A stretch of DNA of 64,000 bases from an uncultured delta proteobacterium (GTDB lineage Bacteria; Desulfobacterota; Binatia; Binatales; Binataceae): contig CAWBYV010000020.1 in NCBI GenBank assembly GCA_963793115.1, positions 2,934 to 66,933 on the forward strand, in the 5' to 3' direction. The position numbers and the translations under genes are program-made. Each line of letters begins with the position of its first letter. The stretch's first letter is position 1. The notes under the pieces were generated by a model, which saw only the letters and a program-made list of their open reading frames with translations, had not been told where the DNA came from and ran no database searches. Of the stretch, positions 1 to 9,656 are shown piece after piece.

Positions 1-1
1 C

Positions 2-871
2 TGGGCTCAGTTGCAGAAGGCAACCGATTCGGCGGTTTTAGCCGGAGCAAACTACCTACCCGACAATCCCTCGCAGGCGATCGCAGGCGCCGTGCAATTT
101 GCTGAGAGCAATGGCGTCAAGGCGAGCGAAATCGTATCCAACACGGTCGCCGCCAATGACCTTTCGATCACGATGAAGGTGCAGCGCACGCTGCCTTTCT
201 TCTTCGCGAGGGCCCTGGGGCTGAAGAGCGGCGCAGTCGTTGTAACGGCAACAGCGGCGCCACAGAATCCACCGACGACAGTGAACGCGAATGTGCCTGG
301 GGACGTTCCCGCTGGTGGAGACGACAATGGAAACAACGGCACCACCTGTGCAAGCATTGGCGCCTGCGACCTTATACCGATTGGGCTCGACTCTAACACT
401 GTTTACAGTGACGGCGAGCAAATAACCCTTCAGCAGGGTCAGCTTGGCCCGGGCAACTGGGATTTGCTGGCGCTTGGCGGCGTCGGGGGAAACAATCTCA
501 GAACCAATATCGCCAACGGCTATAACGGAATGGTCAGCATCGGAGACTGGGTTACCACCGAGCCGGGCAAGAAGGTGGGCCCGGTGGATCAGGGCTTTCA
601 GGATCGGCTGAGCCACAATGCCATCTCGGGCGGTACCTTCTCGTCGCACAGCCTGAGCGATCCGCGAGTCCTGGTACTGCCGGTGGTTAACTGGGAAGAT
701 CAAAATGGCCGCTCGTCGGTGGAGGTGACGGCTTTTGCCACTGTTTGGCTCGATAGCTACAGCAGCGGTCAGGTCACCGTGAACTTCATCAGCCAGGTTA
801 TCGCGAACAGCTTCGGCTCGCCGGGCGCTTCGTACTTCGGCTCGCGCGGGGCCCCGATCCTGATCAAGTGA
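2..871 (+). CDS. tadG: TadG-like/Tad domain pilus assembly protein (5' end truncated by window edge)
   Basis: Open from base 2. LQKATDSAVLAGA is the typical post-TM TadG motif; C-terminal part has GPGNWDLL and VTTEPG; followed by a TadE-like gene. Confidence 0.75.
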   Translation, partial: WAQLQKATDSAVLAGANYLPDNPSQAIAGAVQFAESNGVKASEIVSNTVAANDLSITMKVQRTLPFFFARALGLKSGAVVVTATAAPQNPPTTVNANVPGDVPAGGDDNGNNGTTCASIGACDLIPIGLDSNTVYSDGEQITLQQGQLGPGNWDLLALGGVGGNNLRTNIANGYNGMVSIGDWVTTEPGKKVGPVDQGFQDRLSHNAISGGTFSSHSLSDPRVLVLPVVNWEDQNGRSSVEVTAFATVWLDSYSSGQVTVNFISQVIANSFGSPGASYFGSRGAPILIK

Positions 872-907
872 GATTGAGGTTTTGCCCAACTGCCCGACGG
901 GAAGCGC

Positions 908-1408
908 ATGCGCGACATTGGGGGCCAGCCGAGAATGAATGCCAATAATCCTGAGCGCTTCGGGCGGCGCCGATTTGTCAATTCCGCGAAACTCTGGCGG
1001 CGGCTGGGTTGTCTCCGTGGCGGACAATCGGCCGTGGAACTCGCGCTCATCCTACCGGTCGCATTGATCGTGCTGATAATAGGGGTCCAGTTGGCGATTA
1101 TCGGAGTTGCGGGCCTCAGTCTGGCCCAGGTGAGTTACCAGGGAGCACGATATGCAGCCACCAACCCCAGCGCCTCTCAGTCAGCGGTGCAAGCGTACAT
1201 GATTTCGGTGGGATCGCCGCTCATCACTGCCCATTCCGGCTCGTATCTGAGCAGTACCTTGAGTCCGGCTCCGCCGTGCGCCTTTGGCGGCAGCGTGACA
1301 GTCGCGGTCACATTCGATGTCAGTCACCTGGTAGCGTTCTCCAAGCCGTTCTTTGGAATCTCGTTTCCAACCTCGCTAAGCAATTCGGAAACCGCATTCT
1401 GCGAGTAG
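908..1408 (+). CDS. tadE: TadE-like pseudopilin
   Basis: GQSAVELALILP prepilin (G-x4-E) motif, hydrophobic helix, then GARYAA. Start may be 935. Confidence 0.85.
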   Translation: MRDIGGQPRMNANNPERFGRRRFVNSAKLWRRLGCLRGGQSAVELALILPVALIVLIIGVQLAIIGVAGLSLAQVSYQGARYAATNPSASQSAVQAYMISVGSPLITAHSGSYLSSTLSPAPPCAFGGSVTVAVTFDVSHLVAFSKPFFGISFPTSLSNSETAFCE

Positions 1409-1423
1409 ACAGAGGGAAGTCAA

Positions 1424-1792
1424 ATGAAATTGGTGCGCTACCCTTCAATCCTGGTGGTTTTCGTCGGCATTACCAGCGCCACAAGCGCGTTCGCCTACCA
1501 CGTAAAAAATGTGGTGGTGGTAAATAGCACGTCGTATGCAATTTACGAGATCTACGCTTCACCCAGCGACGCCTCTGGCTGGGACACAAGTAACAACCTG
1601 GTCGCCGGCCAACCAATAGCACCTGGCCAACAAGCCACGCTTACCGTTCCGAGCGGTGACTACTCGGTCGATCCCGGCTACCGCTGCCAGTCTGATCTCA
1701 TGGCCGTCCTGTACGGCTCGGCGCAATATGCTTACCAGTACCAGGTCAACGTTTGTCATGGCCCGACTTGGACCGTCGCCGTTGGTCCGTAG
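1424..1792 (+). CDS. Small secreted hypothetical protein with two Cys
   Basis: AGAGGGA RBS; signal peptide ending SAFA; VVNSTSYAIYEIYASPS...W and C-x-x-DL pattern. Confidence 0.75.
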   Translation: MKLVRYPSILVVFVGITSATSAFAYHVKNVVVVNSTSYAIYEIYASPSDASGWDTSNNLVAGQPIAPGQQATLTVPSGDYSVDPGYRCQSDLMAVLYGSAQYAYQYQVNVCHGPTWTVAVGP

Positions 1793-1828
1793 CGCCCGCT
1801 TTTGTAGCGCCCGCATTTGATCGGCTTC

Positions 1829-1854
1829 GGCCGGCGCCGCTCACGGCGCCGGTT
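1829..1854. terminator. GC-rich hairpin between convergent genes
   Basis: CCGGCGCCG-CTCA-CGGCGCCGG perfect 9-bp stem at 1831-1852; weak U-tract. Confidence 0.45.
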
Positions 1855-1963
1855 GCGTCCGCGCCGCCGCGGGTTGGCCACGGGCGTCTTGCGGCGGCTC
1901 AGGATTGCATCGCCGCGAGGCCGCGCGATCTCAAGTTGCGCAGGGACGTCCGGAAGGGCGCGT

Positions 1964-2278
1964 CTACCGGACCGGCGCCGGAGGTGGCGGCTTTAACACC
2001 GGGTCGCAGATGTAATGGCCCGCGACTCCGCCAATAATCGCACCCAACACCAATCCCACCGTGAGGCCCGACCCGATGCGCCGGGCGCCGTCCTGGTTGC
2101 TCGACTCGTTGCCGATTGCCGCCCCGGCCACGCCTCCCACGACTCCGCCGGCGACCGCGCCCACGACGGCACAGGTCCCGAGTTGCCTCGGGTATCCGCA
2201 TCCCGCCGCCAGCAGAAGGCTCAACGCCGCTACGATCGAAATGCCAGCTCCTGTGGATGTTCGCTTCATTGGCTTCAC
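1964..2278 (-). CDS. Glycine-zipper lipoprotein
   Basis: Lipobox LAAGC; GAVAGGVVGGVAGAAIG and GLVLGAIIGGVAG glycine zippers; Pro-rich tail. Confidence 0.8.
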   Translation of the reverse strand: MKPMKRTSTGAGISIVAALSLLLAAGCGYPRQLGTCAVVGAVAGGVVGGVAGAAIGNESSNQDGARRIGSGLTVGLVLGAIIGGVAGHYICDPVLKPPPPAPVR

Positions 2279-2339
2279 GCACTCTCGACCTTACGCTACG
2301 AAGCCGAGAATCACTACTAATCCCTCCCGGTTGCTGCAA

Positions 2340-2475
2340 CCGTCGGCCAGCGGGATCGGTCCCCAACGCATGTCGATCCCGACGATGATCACGCGCGATC
2401 GTCCGGACCATCGCCGGCTCCGCTCGCTGGTCAGCAAGGCCCTTCACGCCGCGGATCGTCGCCCGGATGGCGGGC
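2340..2475 (+). pseudogene. Cytochrome P450 fragment (B'/C-helix region)
   Basis: Reads MITRDRPDHRRLRSLVSKA; removing one C at about 2441 continues FTPRIVARM, matching the bacterial P450 DPPxHxRLRxLVxxAFTPR motif. Confidence 0.7.
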
Positions 2476-2492
2476 CTGACGGCCGCGGCTTG

Positions 2493-3449
2493 TTAGTGCC
2501 TTGCGGGCCGCTGCGCGGTGATCTGGTCTACCTCGGCCAACTCGTCGGCGCTGAGCTTCCATCCCGCCGCCTTCACGTTCTCGCTGACCTGCTCGGGGCT
2601 GGTGGCGCCGGAAATCACGCTCGATACCTGTGGTTGCGCGGCGAGCCAGCTCGTCGCCAACTCGACCATCGAGTGTCCGTTGGAGCGCGCGAATTCCTCC
2701 AGGCGCTCGAGCGTCGCGAAATTGCCGGCGGTCAGCACGCGGTCGGCCATCGGCCGCATCAGGGCGAGCCGGGTGCCCTGTGGAGGTTCGGCGCCGCGGC
2801 GGTATTTGCCGGTCAGGAAACCGCTGGCGAGAGGAAAGTAGGGCAGAATGCCGACGCCGTAATGCGCGCAGGCCGGCGCCAGCTCGCGTTCCACGCGCCG
2901 ATCGAGCAGATTGTACAGGTTCTGCGCCGAGATGTACGAGGACAGGCCGCGCTCGCGCGAAATCCACGCCGCGTCGGCGAGCTGCCATCCGGCGAAGTTG
3001 CTGCATCCGATGTAACGGACCTTGCCCGCGCGCACCAGCGAGTCGAGCGCCTTGAGCGTTTCTTCCTGCGGAGTCGCGGGGTCCGGCTGATGGATCTGGT
3101 AAAGGTCGATGTAATCGGTGCCGAGCCGGCGCAGGCTCGCCTCGACCGCGTCCATGATGTAGCGGCGCGAGCCGCCGCGCATATACGGACCGTCGCCCAT
3201 CGGCATCCCGAACTTGCTGGCGACGATCGCATCCTTGCGGCGCTCGCCAAGCGCCTGCCCGAGCATTTCTTCGGACTTGCCGCGGCCGCCATAGATGTCG
3301 GCGGTATCGAACAGGGTCACGCCTTCCTCCAGCGCGCGCCGCACCACCGCCCGGGTCTGAGCGGCATCGACGCGCATCCCGAAGTTGTTGCAGCCCAATC
3401 CGGCGACCGAGACCTGCAATCCCGATTTGCCCAAAGCACGATGTTCCAT
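2493..3449 (-). CDS. Aldo/keto reductase
   Basis: GLGCNNFG, FDTADIYG, SLRRLGTDYIDLYQIH, GKVRYIGCSN motifs. Confidence 0.95.
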   Translation of the reverse strand: MEHRALGKSGLQVSVAGLGCNNFGMRVDAAQTRAVVRRALEEGVTLFDTADIYGGRGKSEEMLGQALGERRKDAIVASKFGMPMGDGPYMRGGSRRYIMDAVEASLRRLGTDYIDLYQIHQPDPATPQEETLKALDSLVRAGKVRYIGCSNFAGWQLADAAWISRERGLSSYISAQNLYNLLDRRVERELAPACAHYGVGILPYFPLASGFLTGKYRRGAEPPQGTRLALMRPMADRVLTAGNFATLERLEEFARSNGHSMVELATSWLAAQPQVSSVISGATSPEQVSENVKAAGWKLSADELAEVDQITAQRPARH

Positions 3450-3658
3450 AATTTGTTGACCTACCCGCCGACGTTTCTACCCGCCGGCATTCTAGCGCGC
3501 GCAGGCGAAGCCGTACATCGAATCCGAAACGCAGCCGGACAAGATTCAGCGTCGCGCGCGTTTTGTGGCGCGATTGCAACAGCTCGCGGTTTGCATCCGC
3601 CCGTGTCGCGCTGTTTCATGGAAACATCTTCTGGGCTCGCATTTCGGTGGTGGAGGAG

Positions 3659-5276
3659 ATGGCTGCGGGTCAACCCGCCTGGTTCGTTGGGCAGCGGCGT
3701 ATGGGAACGCCGGGCGCGGAAGCGACCGAGCCGGCGGTGAGCCGCGCCGTCGATCGCGGCGCGTCGCTGCTGCGCTCGTCGCCGGCGTTCGTGATCCTCG
3801 CGATCGTGGCGACGAGCACGATCAACTTCGCTGGTCCCGACCTCTGGCGCTATCTGCTCGGGGGCCGCATTTTTCTGACCACGGGGAATCTCCACCTGCG
3901 CGACACATTTTCCTACACGGCGTATGGACTGCCCTGGCTTCAGCACGAATGGCTGGCGCAGACCATCATGACCCTCTTCTACGCGGGACTGGACGGCTTC
4001 GGCCTGAAGCTTCTGAAACTCGGTTGCGATGCCGCGATGGTTTGCCTGCTGGTGGCCGCAATGAATGAGACCGGCGCGCCCGCGCGGGTCCAGCGGCCGG
4101 TGCTTATTCTGGTCGCGCTGGCGTTGGCGCCGCAGATGCAGTTTAGGCCGCAGCTCTTCACCGACCTTCTGCTCTGCGTGCTGGTCGCCCTGATGGCGGC
4201 CGAAACTTACCGGCGATCGTCCAGGCTCTGGATTGCGGTTCCGCTCTTCGCCCTGTGGGCCAATCTGCACGGCGGGTTCGTTGTAGGATTGGCGGCGCTG
4301 GCGCTATATGCCGGCGTCGTGACAGTGTCCGATCTGTGGGAGCGGCGCGGACTTGGGCGCGGTGCGCGTCTGATGGCGATCACCTCGGGTTGTGCGGCAG
4401 CGACGCTCCTGAACCCCTTCGGTATCAACGCCTGGCTAATCGCGACGCGTACGGTCAGCGATCCGTTCGTCAACCAATACATAGTCGAGTGGATGTCTCT
4501 GCCGAAGGTGCTGGCGGGAAGTCTCGGCAGCGCCGCCGCCCTAATTTACATCATTCCGATCGCTCTGGTTGTCGCGCTGGCCGTCGTCTTCGTGATGACG
4601 CCGACTCTGGATGATGCCGCGATGATGGCGGTGGCAGCGCTGTTCGCGTTTTGTGCCATCGCCGCGGTCCGCAACATGCAGCTCGCCGTAATCGCTGCGG
4701 TGATACCGCTGACGCGCCACGCGGGTCTGGTGGCTCGACGGCGCAAACGATCCTGCGAGGCTCGCTCTCATCCGGAAGCTGGTCGCGGGTTCAATCCCAT
4801 TCTGGCGGGCGCACTGGCCGTGGTGCTCGCATGGGCCGGCGGCTCTTCTCGCCGCGCTTCCGGCTTGGACTCGACTATCCATCGGGCGCGGTCGCATTTA
4901 TGAAAGAGCATCGCATCCACGGCGACATACTCAGTTCGTGCAGATGGGGTGGCTATCTGATGTGCCACATGGGACCGGAAAGCAAGGTATTCATGGACGA
5001 ACGGTGGAATCTCCTTTACCCGCACAGAGTAATGGAGGAATTTGTTCGCTTCGATCAGGCGCAGCCGGGCGCCACTGCGGTCCTTGACGAGGGTCGCAAC
5101 GATTTCGTTCTGGTCCCGCCGACTCCAAATCCTGCGGCGTCGTGATGAGCGACGAACATTGGAAGATAATCTATCGCGATTCGGTCGCCGTTCTGTTCGC
5201 CCGGGCGCCGTCGCCCTTGGCTCAGAACACGAACCAATCGTCTCCACGTCCGGCGCCGCCGGACTTTTTTCCGTAG
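3659..5276 (+). CDS. Multi-TM GT-C-type membrane glycosyltransferase-like protein, two apparent frameshifts (about 4842 and 5120)
   Basis: DLWRYL..GR, DTFSYT, HEWL, RPQLFT, LWANLHGGF, NPFG motifs; continues in other frames as YPSGAVAF..WGGYL..VFMDER and WKIIYRDSVAVLF..DFFP-stop at 5276. Each shift is repaired by one base in a G/C run. Confidence 0.75.
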
Positions 5277-5314
5277 CGGAAGCGGCGCCGGGGAGAATAA
5301 GGCGCCGGTGGTGT

Positions 5315-8300
5315 TCAAAGCCCGGTACCACTGAGCGCGACGCTTTGATGCACGACCGGTGCGTTCGCGTTCACGGTCAGCGTGCCGAGCTGCTGGCCGG
5401 TAACAGTCGGCGAGAACCTCACCGAAATTTTGCAGCTCGCGTGCGGCGCCAGGCGATCGCCACAGTTGTTGGTCTCTGCAAAGTCGCCCGTGACCGCGAT
5501 GCCGGAAATCTGGAGAGCCGCGCCACGCCGGTTTGAAAGCGTGACTTTCCTGGGTGGGCTGATGGTGCCAGTCGCGCGCGAACGAAAGCTCAAACGGGCC
5601 GGAGATAGCGCAACCCGGGTCGCTACGCCGCTCAAGCTGACAAAAAGCTCGCTCGTGCCTTCGACCACGGTGAGCGTTCCGCTATGAGTTCCGTCGCTCT
5701 TGGGCGCGAATCTTACCGAGATCGAACATTGCGCGCCGGGAGCGATCAAACGCGGACAATGGCTGAGTTTTTTGAAGGCGCCGGTCGCGGAGATGAAGCT
5801 GATTTTCTGTTCCGCCGTCGAGGGATTGATGACCTCGACCGTCTGCCATGCGCTCACCGCGCCGGGAAGGAGCGGCCCGAACGACAGGCTGGTCGGCGTG
5901 ATCGGAACCACCGAGTAGGTGACGCTCCTTCCGGCGATATCGCCCTGACTGTTCGTGGCCGTCACCTGGAAGTTGTTCTGCCCGAGCGACGAGGTATCGA
6001 TGTCGTCGCCGTTGGGAACGGTTCCGGTGCAGCTCGTCACGACCGCAAAAGGATCGCTGCATGAGTAAGCGGCCTGCACGATTTGATTCAGGCCGTAGCC
6101 GTAGGCGCTGTCGATAGGTGCGGAGATCATGATGGCCGGCGGCGTCAGGTCGGCCACGGCGTAGGTGACGGTCTGCGACGCGCTGTCGCCGTAGCTGTCG
6201 ATCGCCGTGACCGTAAAGGTCTTGGAGCCGAGCGAGGCCGTGTCGATGGGAGCGCCGTTGGCCACCGGCCCCGCGCAGGTCACGACCGGTACGCTCGAAT
6301 CGCTGCATGAATATTGGGCGGTTACGATCTGGTCCAGCCCATAGAGCTTGGCGGTCGGCGACGTAATCGTAATCGCCTGTGGGATGCGGTCCGAGACTAT
6401 GTAGGCGATCGTCTGCGAGGCGGCGTTGCCGTTGCTGTCGGCGGCCGTGACCGTGAAGGTCTGCACTCCGAGCGACGACGTGTTGATTGCCGCGCCGTTG
6501 GCGACCGTGCCCACGCAGGTCACGATCGTGCCGTTCGAAGCGGTGCATCCATAGCTGGCGAGCACGACCTGGTTCAGGGCGTAAATCGCGCCGGTCGCCG
6601 GTGTGGTGATGGTGATGGCCGGCGGCGTCACGTTGGCCACAAAGTAAGTCGCGGTTTGGGTCGCCAAGTTGCCGTAACTGTCGGTCGCCGTGACGGCGAA
6701 CGCCTTGAGCCCTGGCGAGGTGGTGTCGATCGCGGCGCCGTTGGGCACCGGACCCGCGCAGGAGACGACGGTGGCGGTGGCGATCGAGTCGCTGCACGAG
6801 TAGCTGGCGAGCACGACCTGATTCACCCCGTAGACGGTGCTGGTCGTAGTCGTCGGCGTCGTAATCGTAATGCTGAGAGGATTTGGAGTAGGCGAGGGCG
6901 TGGGAGTCGCGGCCGTTGTCGGAGTCGCCGTCGCCGACGCGGCGGGCGTCGGCGTGGCGGTCGGCGTCGGAATACTGGTCGCGGTCGGCGTCGCCGTTGG
7001 CGTCTGGGTTGCGGAGGGGGCGGGAGTTGGAGTCGAGGTCGGAGATGGAGTCGCGGTCGGCGTTGCGGTCGGGGTCGCGCCCCCGGCGAGCGGCGTCGGA
7101 GTCGGCGACGCCGCCGGAGTAGCACCTGGTGTGCCGGCGGGGAGGGGCTGATCAAACTTCAACGCGCGGTTGTTGATCGTATCGGCGACGTAGAGGTTGC
7201 CCGCGCTGTCCGCCGCGATTCCTTCGGGTCCGCACAGGCTGTCGGCGTTCGGGACCGGCGAACCGGTCGTGCCACTGTTGCAGGTTCTGGTGGACGGACT
7301 TCCGACCTGGCCGAAGATCAGGTCCGCGGTGTCATTGGGCGAAGAGATATTCGCGAGCGGCGTGTCGAATTCGAGCACTCGGCTGTTGGCGGTATCCCCG
7401 ATATAGAGATGGCCTGCCGCGTCCAGCGCCAGCGCCGCCGGACTGCAAAGCGTTCCGGGGCCGGCCGCCGTGGCCGATCCTGCGTTGCAGGCGTTGGTGA
7501 TAAGGCTCGCGGATTGCCCGAACACGAGGTCCGCGCTCTCATCGCCTGAGCCAGTCACGGCGGTCGCGACCAACGGCGTGTTGTACTCGAGCACGCGATT
7601 GTTGCCGGTGTCGGCGACGTAGAGATCGCCGTTGGTGTCCAGCACGATTGCGGTGGGATCGCACAGGCTGTCCGGACCCAGCCCGTTGCTGTCGCCGGGC
7701 GCCGTTCCGGCGTTGCATCCGCCGACCGTGAAGATGCCGTTCTGACCGAATACCCGATCGGCGCTGGTGTCGCCCGCGCCGTCGCTGCCCGGCGGTGCGA
7801 GCGGATTGTTGTATTCGAGGACGCGGCTGTTCGAGGTGTCGGCGACGTAGACATTGCCCGACCCGTCAATCGCGACGCCTGCGGGAGCGCATAGGCTGCC
7901 GGCGCTCGGCGGCGGGTTTCCATTCGAGCCGTTGCTGCACACGTTTGCAGTCGCGCTGCTCTGGCCGATCACCAGATTGGCGGCTTGGCCCGCGCTCTGC
8001 CCGCTGTTGAACGGCGCGCTGTACTCCACGACGCGATTGTTGCAGGTGTCGGCGACGTAAAGATTGCCCGCCGAATCGACCGCGACCGCGCCCGAGGCGG
8101 CCTGAGGCACGAATGGAGGCGGACGTGATGGGCATGACGGCGCAAGGTCAAGGCACAGACCCGCCTGACTGATGGCGCAGGAATTGGACCCGCCGTCGGG
8201 TTGGCCGATCACGATGTCGGCGGGCTCCCCGGTCGTCAAGCCGGCCGCGTTCGCCCATCCAAGCACGCGATTGTTCGATGCGTCGGCCAGGTAAAGATGG

Positions 8301-8533
8301 CCCGTCGCGTCGATCGCAGCTCCGGTCGGGTAGACCATCGATCCGAGCGAGGTGGAGTTGAAGCTGTTGTGGTTGAAATCGACTTGGCCCAGAACCAGGT
8401 CAGCAGTCGTATCGCCGGCGCTGCCGGGCATTCCCGCGATCGCGAGCACCGAAAGCACGCAGCCGATCACGCAAGCAATTGCCAACCTTGCCGTCGGCGC
8501 TTTACGCAATCGCCGGTTCAGCTTTGCGAGCAT
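5315..8533 (-). CDS. Large secreted/surface protein: NHL beta-propeller, Pro/Thr linker, 4 Cys-containing Ig-like repeats, 2 ASH/choice-of-anchor-D-like domains
   Basis: Signal-like N-terminus; repeated GNLYVADTxNNRVLEY and ADLVFGQ; TPTATP linker; four ~80-aa repeats; C-terminal LAPxAxCxISVRFxP repeats. ORF track start 8599 is an alternative. Confidence 0.85.
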   Translation of the reverse strand: MLAKLNRRLRKAPTARLAIACVIGCVLSVLAIAGMPGSAGDTTADLVLGQVDFNHNSFNSTSLGSMVYPTGAAIDATGHLYLADASNNRVLGWANAAGLTTGEPADIVIGQPDGGSNSCAISQAGLCLDLAPSCPSRPPPFVPQAASGAVAVDSAGNLYVADTCNNRVVEYSAPFNSGQSAGQAANLVIGQSSATANVCSNGSNGNPPPSAGSLCAPAGVAIDGSGNVYVADTSNSRVLEYNNPLAPPGSDGAGDTSADRVFGQNGIFTVGGCNAGTAPGDSNGLGPDSLCDPTAIVLDTNGDLYVADTGNNRVLEYNTPLVATAVTGSGDESADLVFGQSASLITNACNAGSATAAGPGTLCSPAALALDAAGHLYIGDTANSRVLEFDTPLANISSPNDTADLIFGQVGSPSTRTCNSGTTGSPVPNADSLCGPEGIAADSAGNLYVADTINNRALKFDQPLPAGTPGATPAASPTPTPLAGGATPTATPTATPSPTSTPTPAPSATQTPTATPTATSIPTPTATPTPAASATATPTTAATPTPSPTPNPLSITITTPTTTTSTVYGVNQVVLASYSCSDSIATATVVSCAGPVPNGAAIDTTSPGLKAFAVTATDSYGNLATQTATYFVANVTPPAITITTPATGAIYALNQVVLASYGCTASNGTIVTCVGTVANGAAINTSSLGVQTFTVTAADSNGNAASQTIAYIVSDRIPQAITITSPTAKLYGLDQIVTAQYSCSDSSVPVVTCAGPVANGAPIDTASLGSKTFTVTAIDSYGDSASQTVTYAVADLTPPAIMISAPIDSAYGYGLNQIVQAAYSCSDPFAVVTSCTGTVPNGDDIDTSSLGQNNFQVTATNSQGDIAGRSVTYSVVPITPTSLSFGPLLPGAVSAWQTVEVINPSTAEQKISFISATGAFKKLSHCPRLIAPGAQCSISVRFAPKSDGTHSGTLTVVEGTSELFVSLSGVATRVALSPARLSFRSRATGTISPPRKVTLSNRRGAALQISGIAVTGDFAETNNCGDRLAPHASCKISVRFSPTVTGQQLGTLTVNANAPVVHQSVALSGTGL
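5910..6875 (-). repeat. Four intragenic ~240-bp repeats (ITITxP..YxLNQxVxAxYSC..C.G.V.NGA.IDTSSLG..F.VTA.DS.G..ASQT..Y.V)
   Basis: Visible in the translation as four consecutive similar units. Confidence 0.85.
6878..7145 (-). repeat. Low-complexity Pro/Thr/Ala coding linker
   Basis: TPTATPTATPSPTSTPTPAPSATQTPTATP... Confidence 0.85.
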
Positions 8534-8876
8534 TTCCAGACGGCGAGCATCGGCCTGACCAAACATTCTGACGAGGTTGGACGAAAAGACCAGCCCCATT
8601 ATGCGCTCCGTTCAGGAACGCGAGTCGCGGGTTACGCGCGCTGGGTAGGGTCGAATCGTCTAAGGGGTTGAGGCAGGAGGACGGTCGGGGCGGCTCCTTT
8701 GGCAGGAGGGCTTCGGTTGGATTAGGCCGTAAGCACTCAGAAAGTCGTCCCGACCACTTCTTTAGACTACCGGGAGGACACAATATTCAACCATCGGTCG
8801 GCCGACCCACGTCAATTCGGTCCACGGGCTGATGTTGGCGGCGTCGCGACCAGCAATATGAAGCTTTTAGGCATAC

Positions 8877-8893
8877 TTAGTTAAGCTAACTAA
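8877..8893. promoter_or_regulatory. 17-bp palindrome, putative operator upstream of the NHL surface-protein gene
   Basis: TTAGTTA-AGC-TAACTAA in an AT-rich patch. Confidence 0.45.
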
Positions 8894-9080
8894 AGCTATC
8901 GTGCTGTGGACAGTTGGCACGATCGAGCCTCAACTTGGCCTGATCGCCTCGCATCCTGGCGGGTTTTGAACGGGCGTGGCGGGCCCGGCGACTTCAGGGG
9001 CGAGGTCGTTCAGACGGGCAGGGAGTTCTTTACGCGCTCAAGTGAGCTTGCGATTGAGTCTGCGCTGTTGGTGGCGCGCG

Positions 9081-9539
9081 CTATCGCTTCTTACCGGCGG
9101 CTTTGATGGAGTATTGGTAGCTGAGCCACTTGCCGTTCTCGTTACTGAGGGTGACCGTTTCGATGGCGGCCTTCGTGGTCTTGCCTGCAGTAAAGGAACT
9201 TCTGTAGCCCAGAACAGCGTAGTGGCCGTCAGGCGATCCCGGCAGACTGGTGACGGTTTGCGCCGACACGAGCTTTCGCGATCCCAGAACGCCGAACCTT
9301 CTCCGGTTGACGGACATCACGGTATTCCATGATGGCTTGGTGATGCTGTTCTTGATTGCTGGCGCGCAGGAGTCCCAGCTTTCGTCGTATTGTCCGTGGT
9401 CGATGAGCGTCAGAAACCCGTTGGCTGCGTCCATAGCTGCCTGTGGCGCCGGAGCGTTGTCCTGCGCTCGGGCCGCCTGCCCGGCGATTAGCAACAGGAA
9501 GGCTGGGAGCATTGCGGCGAAAATCCTGATCCTGTTCAC
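9081..9539 (-). CDS. DUF4019 domain secreted protein
   Basis: GAGGAGG RBS before GTG at 9539; signal peptide AxA; FLxLIDxGQYDESW, R.FG.L.SR, LPGSPDGHY, ETVTL..GKW pattern. Confidence 0.85.
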   Translation of the reverse strand: MNRIRIFAAMLPAFLLLIAGQAARAQDNAPAPQAAMDAANGFLTLIDHGQYDESWDSCAPAIKNSITKPSWNTVMSVNRRRFGVLGSRKLVSAQTVTSLPGSPDGHYAVLGYRSSFTAGKTTKAAIETVTLSNENGKWLSYQYSIKAAGKKR

Positions 9540-9656
9540 GGAATGGAATCCTCCTCTGCGTCTGATAACCCCGATATCGAGCCCCGATGATGCCTGCCGG
9601 TGCATCGATCTTTCTTTATCAGCGAAGACGCGATTATGTCGAGTACCCGCGTCAGG

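Noticed and set aside
1789-1818. 15-bp tandem duplication GTAGCGCCCGC(T/A)TTT
   Set aside because: Two copies at a stop codon; simple slippage with no further structure.
2061-3740. 559-aa plus-strand ORF
   Set aside because: Antisense shadow of the aldo/keto reductase; only the P450 scrap inside it looks real.
8600-8820. Riboswitch in the long leader of the NHL gene
   Set aside because: No recognisable c-di-GMP, cobalamin, TPP or SAM consensus by eye; an Infernal scan would settle it.
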